In this document: positions 30,329 to 39,955 of the stretch, piece by piece
Numbering within the stretch: the stretch's first letter is position 1
Layout: the number at the start of each line of letters is the position of its first letter
Source of the DNA: an uncultured Poribacteria bacterium
Lineage (GTDB): Bacteria; Poribacteria; WGA-4E; WGA-3G
DNA length: 64,000 nucleotides
Assembly (NCBI GenBank): GCA_958296135.2
Contig: CATQHZ020000001.1
Span: forward strand, 2,048,001-2,112,000
Direction of reading: 5' to 3'
Program-made: the position numbers and the translations under genes
Notes under the pieces: generated by a model
Told to the model about the DNA's origin: nothing
Databases searched by the model: none
The model's input: the letters and a program-made list of their open reading frames with translations, nothing else

Positions 30329-30925
30329 ATGGCACGACAACTCAGAATGGTCCGGCCCGATTTGGAACATTTACCGAAACTGGAACTCCCACCCGGCTAC
30401 GGCATACGAACCTACCGAGAAGGCGACGAGGTGTATTGGGCAAATATCATCAGCGATTCGTTCGGCGGAAAACAGCGCACCGCCGAAGACACGCGCAATG
30501 AGATTACCGGGCAAGAACTCTTCGTCCCAGAGGGACTCTATTTCGCAACGCATAAAGGCACGCTAGTCGGCACAGCATGTGCATGGCGGCAAACTGTTGA
30601 CGAAACCGAGGTCGGCTATGTCCACATGGTGGGAGTTGCATCCGCGCACACCGGACATAAACTTGGCAAATGGGTATCGCTGGCTGTGCTTACCTATTTT
30701 CGCGACCACGGGTTTCGGTGCGCGATGTTGGATACCGACGATTTTCGCATCCCGGCAATCAAAACCTATCTGAATCTGGGGTTCGTGCCAGTCTACGTTG
30801 AGAAGGAGCAACCGAAACGGTGGCGGGACATCTTTGAGAAATTGGAACTCCTGTCCATGTCAGACCGGATTGCCAAGATTCGGGAGACACTTCCGGCGGA
30901 ATTGTGGGCGAAGGTGTCGCGTTAG
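30329..30925 (+). CDS. GNAT family N-acetyltransferase
   Basis: VHMVGVASAHTGHKLGK acetyl-CoA motif, AIKTYLNLGF. Confidence 0.85.
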   Translation: MARQLRMVRPDLEHLPKLELPPGYGIRTYREGDEVYWANIISDSFGGKQRTAEDTRNEITGQELFVPEGLYFATHKGTLVGTACAWRQTVDETEVGYVHMVGVASAHTGHKLGKWVSLAVLTYFRDHGFRCAMLDTDDFRIPAIKTYLNLGFVPVYVEKEQPKRWRDIFEKLELLSMSDRIAKIRETLPAELWAKVSR

Positions 30926-30933
30926 AGACAGAA

Positions 30934-32742
30934 ATGAAAGATTACGAAAAATGGGTGATGCCCGCGATTCTTCTTGTCGGTTTGGGATTGCGCCTCATCG
31001 GTTTAAACGTCGGTTTGCCAAACTCGCCAGATCCGCGCGAGATGCTGATCGCGCAAGATGTCTTGAATCTGATGCACTTTACTGCACCGCCAGAAATCTA
31101 TAACTGGCCGGGGACAGCGTGGTTTTATCTCATCGCGGTGATAGGGAAATTGTTCGCGATTGGGAAATCGCTCCTATCGGAAGGCATCGCGACCGGGAGA
31201 TCGCTCCTACAAGAAGGCATCGCGACCGGGAGGTCGCTCCTACAAGAAGGCACCGCGACGGGGGAGTCGCTCCTACAAGAAGGCATCGCGACCGGGAGGT
31301 CGCTCCTACAAGAAGATGTGATTTTGTTGGCGCGGTTTGTCAATGTGCTGTTGTCAACCGCGACACTGTGGTTTACCTATCGTCTCGGCGCGTGCTGTTA
31401 TCACAGACGGGTGGGGCAGACAGCGGCGGGGTTCCTCGCTGTGGCGATGTTACATGCGACGAACGAATCGCGTTTCGCACTAGTTGATATTCCTGCCACG
31501 TTTTGTGTGACGCTGTTTCTGTGGGTTTTGATGCGCGGGCAAACGGGCGACTATGAACGACGGCCGCCCGGACGCTCCTTAGCCGTTTGGCTTGGCATCA
31601 TCGCCGGGGCCGGTCTCGCCGTTAAATGGACGACAGCTTTTGTCGGATTATCGGCGTTGGTTTTTATCGGAACAACGCGCTTACACGTTCGGCAGGTTTT
31701 GATGCTCATCGGCGTTTCCGCGCTCACCTTTACGCTCCTCTGTCCTTATTGGCTCATCGATCTGGTTTCTCCAACATGGAACCTCTTCTTTGAGGATTTT
31801 TGGTATGAAGCGACGCACTATCAACGCGGGCATTTCGGATTATTTCCCTCGGACGGATATGGAAATCCATCCTTACAAACCTGGGGGGCTGCGTGGATAG
31901 ATAGGTTCGCTTACTTGTGGACGCTTTTGAAGTGGGGAATGGGATGGCCCCTGGCTCTCCTCGCGCTCTTTGGGATAATGCACGCGCTCGCTACGCGGAG
32001 AAGGGTGGCACTAGCACTGCTCGCTTTTGTCATCCCCTATCTGCTGTTTGTTGGTGCCCACAAAGTGAAGTTTACACGGCACCTGCTGATTCTCTATCCG
32101 GTGTTGATGGTGCTGGCGGCGGCAATGTTATCCCAAATCAACCTTCGTAGTTTGAGCTCGCCAGAGCTCAGGCGAGCTCGCCTTATAGCGCACCTGGTGA
32201 CTCCCATAGTCACGCTTTTGAAAAGCACGCTTACTAGGAAGATAGTCGCGCGCTTCCTCATTGGGGCAGTCGCGCTTTATTCCTTAGTCTATACCGTCGC
32301 GTTCGCATCCATTTTGTTGACACAACCGACGCGGGACGAGGTATCCGCGTGGATAGCTGCCAACATCCCTTACGAAGAGGATATTTCCTGCGCGCCGGAA
32401 ATCTTGTTTAACTGGCTACTCCCTGAATTTGACCGGGAATTGACGCATGACGAAGAGGCAGAGTGGGCACTCATTCTCATGCCCAACGCCGAGGTGTTCC
32501 AAAAATACCTGCCGACAGAAGAGACTCCCGGTCCCGATGCCTCCGATTGGTATCCTCTGGAAGAAGTTGCGTTGGAGGAGACGTTAGCCTTTTATGAACT
32601 TGTTCACAATCGTTATGAATTGCAGAAAATCTTTCGCCGTAACCCGCGGTTCCTAGGTATCCCTATTTCCGACAAGGGCGCGCCTTTTCCGATGCGCGCC
32701 CTTGCGCATCCGGAGATTCGCCTCTATCGTCGCCGCGAATAA
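30934..32742 (+). CDS. GT39/PMT-like (ArnT-type) membrane glycosyltransferase
   Basis: Multi-TM; GLRLIGL...PDPRE, LARFVNVLLS, SRFALVD, GLAVKW, RHLLILYP. Confidence 0.8.
   Translation: MKDYEKWVMPAILLVGLGLRLIGLNVGLPNSPDPREMLIAQDVLNLMHFTAPPEIYNWPGTAWFYLIAVIGKLFAIGKSLLSEGIATGRSLLQEGIATGRSLLQEGTATGESLLQEGIATGRSLLQEDVILLARFVNVLLSTATLWFTYRLGACCYHRRVGQTAAGFLAVAMLHATNESRFALVDIPATFCVTLFLWVLMRGQTGDYERRPPGRSLAVWLGIIAGAGLAVKWTTAFVGLSALVFIGTTRLHVRQVLMLIGVSALTFTLLCPYWLIDLVSPTWNLFFEDFWYEATHYQRGHFGLFPSDGYGNPSLQTWGAAWIDRFAYLWTLLKWGMGWPLALLALFGIMHALATRRRVALALLAFVIPYLLFVGAHKVKFTRHLLILYPVLMVLAAAMLSQINLRSLSSPELRRARLIAHLVTPIVTLLKSTLTRKIVARFLIGAVALYSLVYTVAFASILLTQPTRDEVSAWIAANIPYEEDISCAPEILFNWLLPEFDRELTHDEEAEWALILMPNAEVFQKYLPTEETPGPDASDWYPLEEVALEETLAFYELVHNRYELQKIFRRNPRFLGIPISDKGAPFPMRALAHPEIRLYRRRE
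31154..31315 (-). repeat. five tandem 33-bp family A REP units in-frame within the GT39 gene
   Basis: Reverse complement GTAGGAGCGACCTCCCGGTCGCGATGCCTTCTT; encodes about five IATGRSLLQEG units. Confidence 0.92.
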
Positions 32743-32768
32743 GCAGGGACACTGCATGAAAACCGCGA

Positions 32769-33470
32769 CTACATGAGCGACAGAGAAAAATGCATCTTTT
32801 GGACAGGGACTATCGCCGCTAAAATCTGATGAAGCACCTCCGCCGGAATCGTGTCAGCATCTATGATCCTGATGAACTCCTGCGGGTAATAATCGATGAG
32901 CGGCTCGGTTTCACGCTTGTAAACATCCCACCGATATCGGACTACCGCTTCCTCTGCATCGTCAAGGCGGTGCTCTTTAGCGGCACGCCCGCGGATACGT
33001 TGGAACATCACCTCTTGGTTCTCGCAAACCATGTAGATGATTTTCAACACGTTAATATCGGAGTCAATCAACGCAGCCTGCGCAACGTTGCGCGGGATAC
33101 CGTCCAGAATAAGCAGGTCGCGGGCCGGATCGTAGGTACGTTCTGCCACCTGCGCCGCCACGTAGTCGCGCCATATCTGCACCGTAATCTCATCCGGCAC
33201 CAAATCGCCGAGGGTGGCATATTTGTGAAAGATTTGCCCTAAGTGGGAATCGGTGTCTAGTTGACGAAACATTTCCCCACTGGAGAGATGATACATGCCG
33301 GGAATTCGTGCCAGCAGCTCACCTTGGGTGCCTTTGCCGACCCCGGGGGGGCCGACAAGCAGGACGGATTGATACTTTTGCGTCGCGTCAACTTTTAAGG
33401 GTGCGGAGTGACAAACTCCGCTGACATGGGGCTCCGTTGCCCCGTGTGGTAGATTCGTATCAGTTCTCAT
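32769..33470 (-). CDS. adk: adenylate kinase (short LID form)
   Basis: GPPGVGKGTQ, HLSSGEMFR, GDLVPDE, LDGIPR, RLDD. Confidence 0.88.
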   Translation of the reverse strand: MRTDTNLPHGATEPHVSGVCHSAPLKVDATQKYQSVLLVGPPGVGKGTQGELLARIPGMYHLSSGEMFRQLDTDSHLGQIFHKYATLGDLVPDEITVQIWRDYVAAQVAERTYDPARDLLILDGIPRNVAQAALIDSDINVLKIIYMVCENQEVMFQRIRGRAAKEHRLDDAEEAVVRYRWDVYKRETEPLIDYYPQEFIRIIDADTIPAEVLHQILAAIVPVQKMHFSLSLM

Positions 33471-33526
33471 TCTTTTGCTGAGGATACGGGGTTTTCACAA
33501 TAAACCCCGCCGATATGCTGCTCCTG

Positions 33527-34561
33527 TTACTTTCCGAGAAGATGTTCAAGGATGTAGAAATCCAAGCCTTCATAGTCTCGCGATGCGATGAACGCCTGAG
33601 CCACCTCCCGGTCATAAGTTCGCACTTTCTCTAGGAGATTCAGGAAGGTGCGCCGGCTGCTCAAGAGATGTTTGGTTGATAGTTCGCGCGGTTGCGTTCG
33701 CATCACTTTAACGTCTAGTCCGACAAACTCGCCGTTTCTGCCATATCCGTTTTCCTCAAGGACGCGGACCTGGTTAAACGCGCGCCGCAGATTTACGGAG
33801 CCGAACGCTTTGTCCTGGTCGAATTTGAGGCCATTCTGGTCATTTAGGTGCACGCTCCAGAGCTTCTTGTGGTAGAGTGCGTACCCCATTTCGTCGGACG
33901 GTTCTAACCCAGCGAGGATAGCGTGCGCGCTTTCGATTAAGCCGCCGACGCGCCCCGGGTCCGCGCTTGCATACGCCAACCCGATGGCGTGCCCGATTGT
34001 CGGGATGTAGGCGATGTCCATCGGTTCATTCGGCTTCGGTTCAATCAGGATGCGAATTTCTGCGTCGTATGCCAGCAGCGCGTTGATTGCATCGAGGATG
34101 TATCCCACCGCACCGGATGAACTCTTTGATTCACGGATGTAGGTGCCTTCGCGGGCGAGCCACAAGACGATGTTTTTGCACCCGATTTCGTTGGCAATGT
34201 CCACGCACCGTTTTGAACGTTCTAGCGCATAGGCACGCTCTGTAGCGGCATTGGCGGTGTAGGCACCATCAAGCGTCTGTGGCGATTCCCACAACCGCGG
34301 CGCGACTACCTCCGGTGTCAATCCGTGATTATCCAACTGTGCTTTGACAGTTTTCGTCCGAGACATCAACTGCGCGTGCGTTTTGTCGTCAATATCTGGG
34401 ACAATATCATCATCGTGAAATTGAATTCCGACAAAACCGAGGCCGCGGTAGAATCCAACCTTCTCATCAAAATCGAACGCCTCTCGCACGGATGGGCCAA
34501 AAGGGTCTGCGCCCTCGTGTATATTCCAGGGGCCAAAAGAGAAACGGTATTCTGTCGCCAT
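33527..34561 (-). CDS. xylA: xylose isomerase-like TIM barrel protein
   Basis: FSFGPW...GADPFG, FHDDD, WLAREG, IEPKPNEP, HLNDQ...FDQD. Confidence 0.78.
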   Translation of the reverse strand: MATEYRFSFGPWNIHEGADPFGPSVREAFDFDEKVGFYRGLGFVGIQFHDDDIVPDIDDKTHAQLMSRTKTVKAQLDNHGLTPEVVAPRLWESPQTLDGAYTANAATERAYALERSKRCVDIANEIGCKNIVLWLAREGTYIRESKSSSGAVGYILDAINALLAYDAEIRILIEPKPNEPMDIAYIPTIGHAIGLAYASADPGRVGGLIESAHAILAGLEPSDEMGYALYHKKLWSVHLNDQNGLKFDQDKAFGSVNLRRAFNQVRVLEENGYGRNGEFVGLDVKVMRTQPRELSTKHLLSSRRTFLNLLEKVRTYDREVAQAFIASRDYEGLDFYILEHLLGK

Positions 34562-35129
34562 TTTTTCTCCTATTTTTCTAGTGTGGGGTTTCTGCGCTGC
34601 GGACGCGAACTACCCGTTTTTCGACAAAATGCTTGACTTTTCTATTTAGTATAGTGTATTATTTAAAAAATGTCAAGTTTTTTTCCTTTCGTTTACTGCA
34701 AAAGAATTTGCATTCCGAGGCTTTTTGTGTTATCATATACAATATGAACACTCATTCTCCAACAAATCGGGACACGAAGTCTCAAGCTTACAGCGATGCA
34801 ACGATTCCCAGTTATTTGGTAGCTGCTCCGAGCCGCGACCCGAAAATAGCAGAATGGCAGCGCATCACCCGCCAATTCTAGCAAAATCTTCGCTCTGAGT
34901 TTATTTTCTCGGACTCCGTTGTGGGTGAAATATCATTCGGCGGATGAAGCAAGGCGTGAAATTCGTCGCTTTGCCGGAAGGCCGCGTAGAGCCGCCGGAA
35001 AATGCTGACGATTAAGTTATGCCGTTGAGGAGGATGTCCGCCTCTGTTCCGTCGTCAACACCGAATTAATGTATCAACCCCGTAGCGCGGGAGTGCAAGC
35101 TTCCGCGCTTCTTAACCCAGGTCAGAAAG

Positions 35130-38100
35130 ATGCTATTTTCAATTCACGCTTTGCGCGCCTGCAAGTCGTTCGTTTTTTACCTCTGCCTACTCTGTTCAGG
35201 GTTGCTGACACTGAACACAGTTAGCACAGCAGCACCGCTTGTCACCCAGCAAACCTTCCCCTTTGACAATGTCTACCGGATAGAGTTCAATTTGGCGGTG
35301 CGAGGACACATTGAACTGGTAGCCACGGATAGCAACGCGGTCCGCGTCATGCTCACAAAGCGTCTGTTGGGAGATACCGCATCATCCGACAATGCGTATC
35401 TGGAGAGCATTGCTTTGGCCGGCACACGTGAGGATGGAACACTTCAGTTGGAGGCACATCTACCGAACGACGCGCGCCTCCAAAGCACACCTGAGTTAGA
35501 AAATCGGCTTCAGTTGGACTGCGCGATTGAAACGCCGCCGGATGTCTCGGTTAAACTCCAGACGAAAGATGGGGATATCCGCCTCCGGCGCATCCGCGGT
35601 AAGATAGAGGTTGCCACTGGCACCGGAGATGTGCAATTAGATGAAACGCAAGGGAACTATAACGTCGCCGTAACGAAGGGAAACGTCTCTGGCAAAATTC
35701 TGCTGACTCGAGGACAGAATGAGATAAAAACTCTGGACGGCTCCGTTGAACTCGCTGTGCTTGATACGGTTGCAGCCCCGATGGATATGATTGCACAAGG
35801 CGGCGGCATCCAATTGCAACTGCCCCGCGATTACGCCGCCGACGTGGAATTTGAGAGCGAAAAGGAACAAGTTATTATCAGCCTTCCAGCACAAATTGAA
35901 GACGGTTCGCGGATGTTGAATCTGCTTGCAGGCACAGCAGTCCTGAACGAAGGCGGGCCGCTCCTCCGCTTGACGGCCACCGATACAATTGCAATTCTAC
36001 CGACAGGAGGGACACCTGAAGACGCTGCTTCTCCTGCCGATATTTTTCTCCAGGCTGTCCCGGAAACCGTGCAACCTCCCGTCGTTGATGGCAATCTCTC
36101 TGAAAAAGTGTGGATGTCCGCCGCTGCACTCTCGCCTTTTCAGAGTGCTGATGGCAGCGAAACGCCAGAAAACTTGACAGAAGCATTTTTGATGTGGGAC
36201 GAGAAAAACCTCTATATCGGCGTGAAGGCGTTTTTCCTCCCTGGGCAGATTCCCCGTATCTCGCAAACGCAACAGGATTCGCCAATCTGGGAGGATGAAG
36301 CGGTTGAAATTCTGCTCGACCCGAGTCCACACACCGAGGATTACTATCACCTCGTCGTTAACCCTATCGGCGCGCGGTTCGACCAGGGGGTTCATACCGC
36401 CGGCCCTCCTCGTCTTCGGTTTGCCCCGCCTGACGTTCAACGCCCTACGGAAGAAAATGCCGCGAAAACGTTCAGAGCGGATAGCAAATGGGATTCAAAT
36501 GCCACAATCGCAACGCGCATCCACGCGACGTTTTGGAGTCTTGAAATGGCTATGCCGCTAGCGCGTTTGCAAAACGCGTCTACCGGAGAAACCAAAGAGC
36601 CCTGGTTATTTAACATGCACCGAAAGGCACAAGGCAACACAGGCAGCTTGGAAAATCTCAATCTCACGACGCGGCGAGAATACAGTTACTGGATGCCGAC
36701 TGGCGATGCTGAATACCCGTGGTGGCCGCATTCTCCCGAAGCGATGGGCGCGCTAAAGCTAATAACGGTTCAAGAACAACCTGCCGAAACCTTTGCATCC
36801 GAGGAGAAACTGGAGGTAACCGCTGTTGAAGTTGAGGGAAACACCACGATTCCCACCGACGTTGTGCTGAAGCATCTCCCCATTGCACCCGGCGATGTCG
36901 TCACAAACGCGCAGCTCTCTTGGCTGATTGCTGAACTGAATCACCGGGATTGGTTTCAGGAAGTACAGCTGGAGACTGTTGCAGCAGCACTCCCCCCACA
37001 ACTGCCGATGGAGGCACCTCGGGTCGAAAAAGTGAAGGTGCGTCTCCGCGTAACAGAAGCTCCCATTCGGTTTGCGCGCAACATTGAGATTAAGGGAGAA
37101 CGAAGTTTTCCCGCGCAATTCATCAAAGAGTGGTTTGACTTGGCACCCGGCTACCTCGCCGTGGCGGAGGTTGCGTTGAAACAGCAGCTCATCGCCGATT
37201 TTTATTGGAATCGCGGCTACGAATTCGCCACCGTCACACATCAATTTGACAACGATACGCTTCAGTTCTCGATTAACGAAGGTTCGCTAGACGAAATCCG
37301 TTTCAGGGGAAACAGGCGCATATCCGACGCGGAACTTGCATCGGTACTTGACTTAAAAACCGATGACGTTTATTATCAACTTCTCGGGCAGACGATGATA
37401 GATCGGATGCGCGCGAGGCTCAGCCGCCATGTAGATTTCAAAGCTGTCCGCGCTTGGCGCGTGCAACGGGAAGGCGGAAAAAATGTCATGATTGTTGAGA
37501 TTGAGGAGCAACCTGTCGTGAAACCCGACGTTTTTCCAATCGTCGGATTTAACCGCGTCCACGGCATTGTGCTCGGTGCAGGTGGTGCCCTCTCTACCCG
37601 TATCGCTGGCGAAGAACAACGACTCTTCGGTTTACTGGGCGGCGGATTTGCCAGTCGGATCTGGAATTATCAGACAGGCTTTGAAAAACGCTTCTCTCGC
37701 CTATACGATTTTGCTCTCGGCGGCGGTTACTACAAACTCACGGATGTCAATTACAACAACACGCTCCTCCCTACCCAAGTCAGTTTGAGCTCCGCCTTTT
37801 ATGGCACCGACGTTGAAAACTATTATCAACGGCAAGGGTATCACACTTGGATAGCGCGAGCATTCGGGACATCAGCGCAGCTGCGGTTTGAATTTACGCA
37901 GGAATCGCACGACAACCTCACCAAATCCACAGATTGGAGTTACCTTAACAGAAACCGTATCAAGCGTGGCAATTCACGGATTGAACGCGGACGCTTGCGA
38001 AAAATCTCTCTGAACTACGCATTTGATACGCGAGACCGGACGTTAACGAAGGAACGCAATTTTCAGACGGTGTCTTGGCCGAATGAACGCACTCGGCGCG

Positions 38101-38672
38101 GTTGGCGCGGAAAAGTCATTTTTGAAACGGCAGGACAGAGCCTTGGGGGCGATTATGCCTTCAACTTCTACCAATTTGAACTGGCACGGTATACACCGCT
38201 TCTCGGGCCGCACCATTTGAACATCCGAATCGCAGGGGATTTTTCGGATGCGGCTCTACCGCGACAGCATCTCCTCTATCTCGGCGGCGGGGCTACACTA
38301 CGCGGCTACCCTTTCAATGCATTCGCTGGCGATAACCGACTCCTGCTCAACGTTGAATATCGTTTTATGCAAGAAACGAGAATCGCTGTAGCAATTGAGA
38401 ATGCCCTGGATGTCGTCCTCGGGTGGGCCTTCAGCTGCTTCCTTGATACCGGGCAGGTGTGGTGGTTTGATGAAACACTTTTTGCCGATTTTTCCATTCG
38501 CGACCGGCTAAAAACTTCAATCGGCGTGGGGTTTGTCCTCTTCGCCCACCAGTTCGGACAGAGGCCGCAGAGTCTTGCTGTTGAGATTGCAGTACCCATT
38601 CGGGATATTGCGAGTTGGAGTTCATTCCAACAGAATCGGCAAATCCTCTGGCGGCTGGAGCGAATGTTTTAA
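35130..38672 (+). CDS. multidomain Omp85-family protein: DUF4097-like + CBM9-like + POTRA + beta-barrel
   Basis: Beta-repeat N-terminus (TKDGDIRL...TGTGDVQL); PVVDGNLSEKVW...WDEKNLYIG...IWEDEAVEILLDP...WSLEMAMP (CBM9-like); VEVEGN and IRFRGN POTRA starts; LGGGATLRGY; terminal Phe. Confidence 0.8.
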   Translation: MLFSIHALRACKSFVFYLCLLCSGLLTLNTVSTAAPLVTQQTFPFDNVYRIEFNLAVRGHIELVATDSNAVRVMLTKRLLGDTASSDNAYLESIALAGTREDGTLQLEAHLPNDARLQSTPELENRLQLDCAIETPPDVSVKLQTKDGDIRLRRIRGKIEVATGTGDVQLDETQGNYNVAVTKGNVSGKILLTRGQNEIKTLDGSVELAVLDTVAAPMDMIAQGGGIQLQLPRDYAADVEFESEKEQVIISLPAQIEDGSRMLNLLAGTAVLNEGGPLLRLTATDTIAILPTGGTPEDAASPADIFLQAVPETVQPPVVDGNLSEKVWMSAAALSPFQSADGSETPENLTEAFLMWDEKNLYIGVKAFFLPGQIPRISQTQQDSPIWEDEAVEILLDPSPHTEDYYHLVVNPIGARFDQGVHTAGPPRLRFAPPDVQRPTEENAAKTFRADSKWDSNATIATRIHATFWSLEMAMPLARLQNASTGETKEPWLFNMHRKAQGNTGSLENLNLTTRREYSYWMPTGDAEYPWWPHSPEAMGALKLITVQEQPAETFASEEKLEVTAVEVEGNTTIPTDVVLKHLPIAPGDVVTNAQLSWLIAELNHRDWFQEVQLETVAAALPPQLPMEAPRVEKVKVRLRVTEAPIRFARNIEIKGERSFPAQFIKEWFDLAPGYLAVAEVALKQQLIADFYWNRGYEFATVTHQFDNDTLQFSINEGSLDEIRFRGNRRISDAELASVLDLKTDDVYYQLLGQTMIDRMRARLSRHVDFKAVRAWRVQREGGKNVMIVEIEEQPVVKPDVFPIVGFNRVHGIVLGAGGALSTRIAGEEQRLFGLLGGGFASRIWNYQTGFEKRFSRLYDFALGGGYYKLTDVNYNNTLLPTQVSLSSAFYGTDVENYYQRQGYHTWIARAFGTSAQLRFEFTQESHDNLTKSTDWSYLNRNRIKRGNSRIERGRLRKISLNYAFDTRDRTLTKERNFQTVSWPNERTRRGWRGKVIFETAGQSLGGDYAFNFYQFELARYTPLLGPHHLNIRIAGDFSDAALPRQHLLYLGGGATLRGYPFNAFAGDNRLLLNVEYRFMQETRIAVAIENALDVVLGWAFSCFLDTGQVWWFDETLFADFSIRDRLKTSIGVGFVLFAHQFGQRPQSLAVEIAVPIRDIASWSSFQQNRQILWRLERMF

Positions 38673-38776
38673 ATTGAAAATGATGCAAAGGAACGCAGCA
38701 TGCAACAACGGCGCATGCGACTCTACGTTAAGAGACAGGATTGCACAGAAAACGTAAACGAACGCCTCGCGACAAT

Positions 38777-39859
38777 ATGAAAAAAATGAAAACAACACCA
38801 CTCTATGATATCCATCGTCAACTCGGCGCGACTTTCGCTGAAATGCGTGAAGGTTGGAATTTAGCCGCGCACTTCACCGATGCGGTGTCCGAACACCACG
38901 CCGTGAGAGCGCGCGTCGGAATCGCCGGTCTTTCGCACCGCGGCAGGCTGCGGTTAACCGGCGAAGACCGGGCGAAATTCCTACACCGCATCATTTCCAA
39001 CGATGTGGAAGGACTTGCAGCCGGGCAAGGAAATTATGCCACGCTTTTGACGCACCGTGGTAAAATTATCGCCGATATGCATGTCTATGTCCGCGAAGAG
39101 GCACTCTATCTGGAAACAGCACCGGAAACGACAGAAATCCTTTTCAAGGAGTTAGACAAATATATCATCGCTGATGACGTGGTGCTCGAAGATGTAACAG
39201 CGGAAATCGGTGCTATCGGCATTTATGGCCCGCAGTCGCCACATATCGTCCAGTCCGTAGCGTGCTTGCAAAGCGCGCCTGCCGGCATTCATGAGAACTG
39301 CGCTTGTGAAGTGGATGGGCGGCGGGTAATGTGCGCTCGGACAGATGAAACCGGCGAAGTAGGCTATAAACTTTATACCGCAGCCGACTCCCTAGAATGG
39401 CTGTGGGAACGGTTAATCGCGAATGACGTGAGCCCAGTCGGCTTGGACGCGCTAGAATCGCTCCGCATTGAGGCTGGTACGCCGAAATATGGCGCGGAGT
39501 TAACCGATGCGGTTATTCCGCTGGAGGCGGAATTGGAGCATGCCATCGATTTTGAGAAGGGATGCTACATCGGCCAGGAGATCGTCGCGCGAATGAAATA
39601 CCGCGGGCATCCAAATCGGCTGCTGCGCGGGATTGAAATTGATGCCGCGCAGCAGCCGCAACAGAATGCACCGGTATTCAGCGGCGATAAAAAGGTTGGC
39701 TGGATTACGAGTGCTGTCTATTCGCCGACGCTGGAAAAACAGATTGCCCTCGGCTATGTGCGGATGGCAGTCACAGAGGCTGGCAGTCGCGTCCAGCTCG
39801 AGACTTCGGAAGGACGCGTCAACGGCACAATTCGGCTTTTGCCATTTTATACCAAATAG
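38777..39859 (+). CDS. aminomethyltransferase GcvT / YgfZ family folate-binding protein
   Basis: KTTPLY, EHHAVR, LRIEAG, FEKGCYIGQEIVAR (YgfZ signature), ITSAVYSP. Confidence 0.88.
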   Translation: MKKMKTTPLYDIHRQLGATFAEMREGWNLAAHFTDAVSEHHAVRARVGIAGLSHRGRLRLTGEDRAKFLHRIISNDVEGLAAGQGNYATLLTHRGKIIADMHVYVREEALYLETAPETTEILFKELDKYIIADDVVLEDVTAEIGAIGIYGPQSPHIVQSVACLQSAPAGIHENCACEVDGRRVMCARTDETGEVGYKLYTAADSLEWLWERLIANDVSPVGLDALESLRIEAGTPKYGAELTDAVIPLEAELEHAIDFEKGCYIGQEIVARMKYRGHPNRLLRGIEIDAAQQPQQNAPVFSGDKKVGWITSAVYSPTLEKQIALGYVRMAVTEAGSRVQLETSEGRVNGTIRLLPFYTK

Positions 39860-39955
39860 GACAGACGCAGATACCCGGTAGACGCGGTTTGAAATAGCAC
39901 CTACCAGAACCATTTCGCGAAATCCTGTCCCTAACAAAAGGAGAAATTTTTCTAC

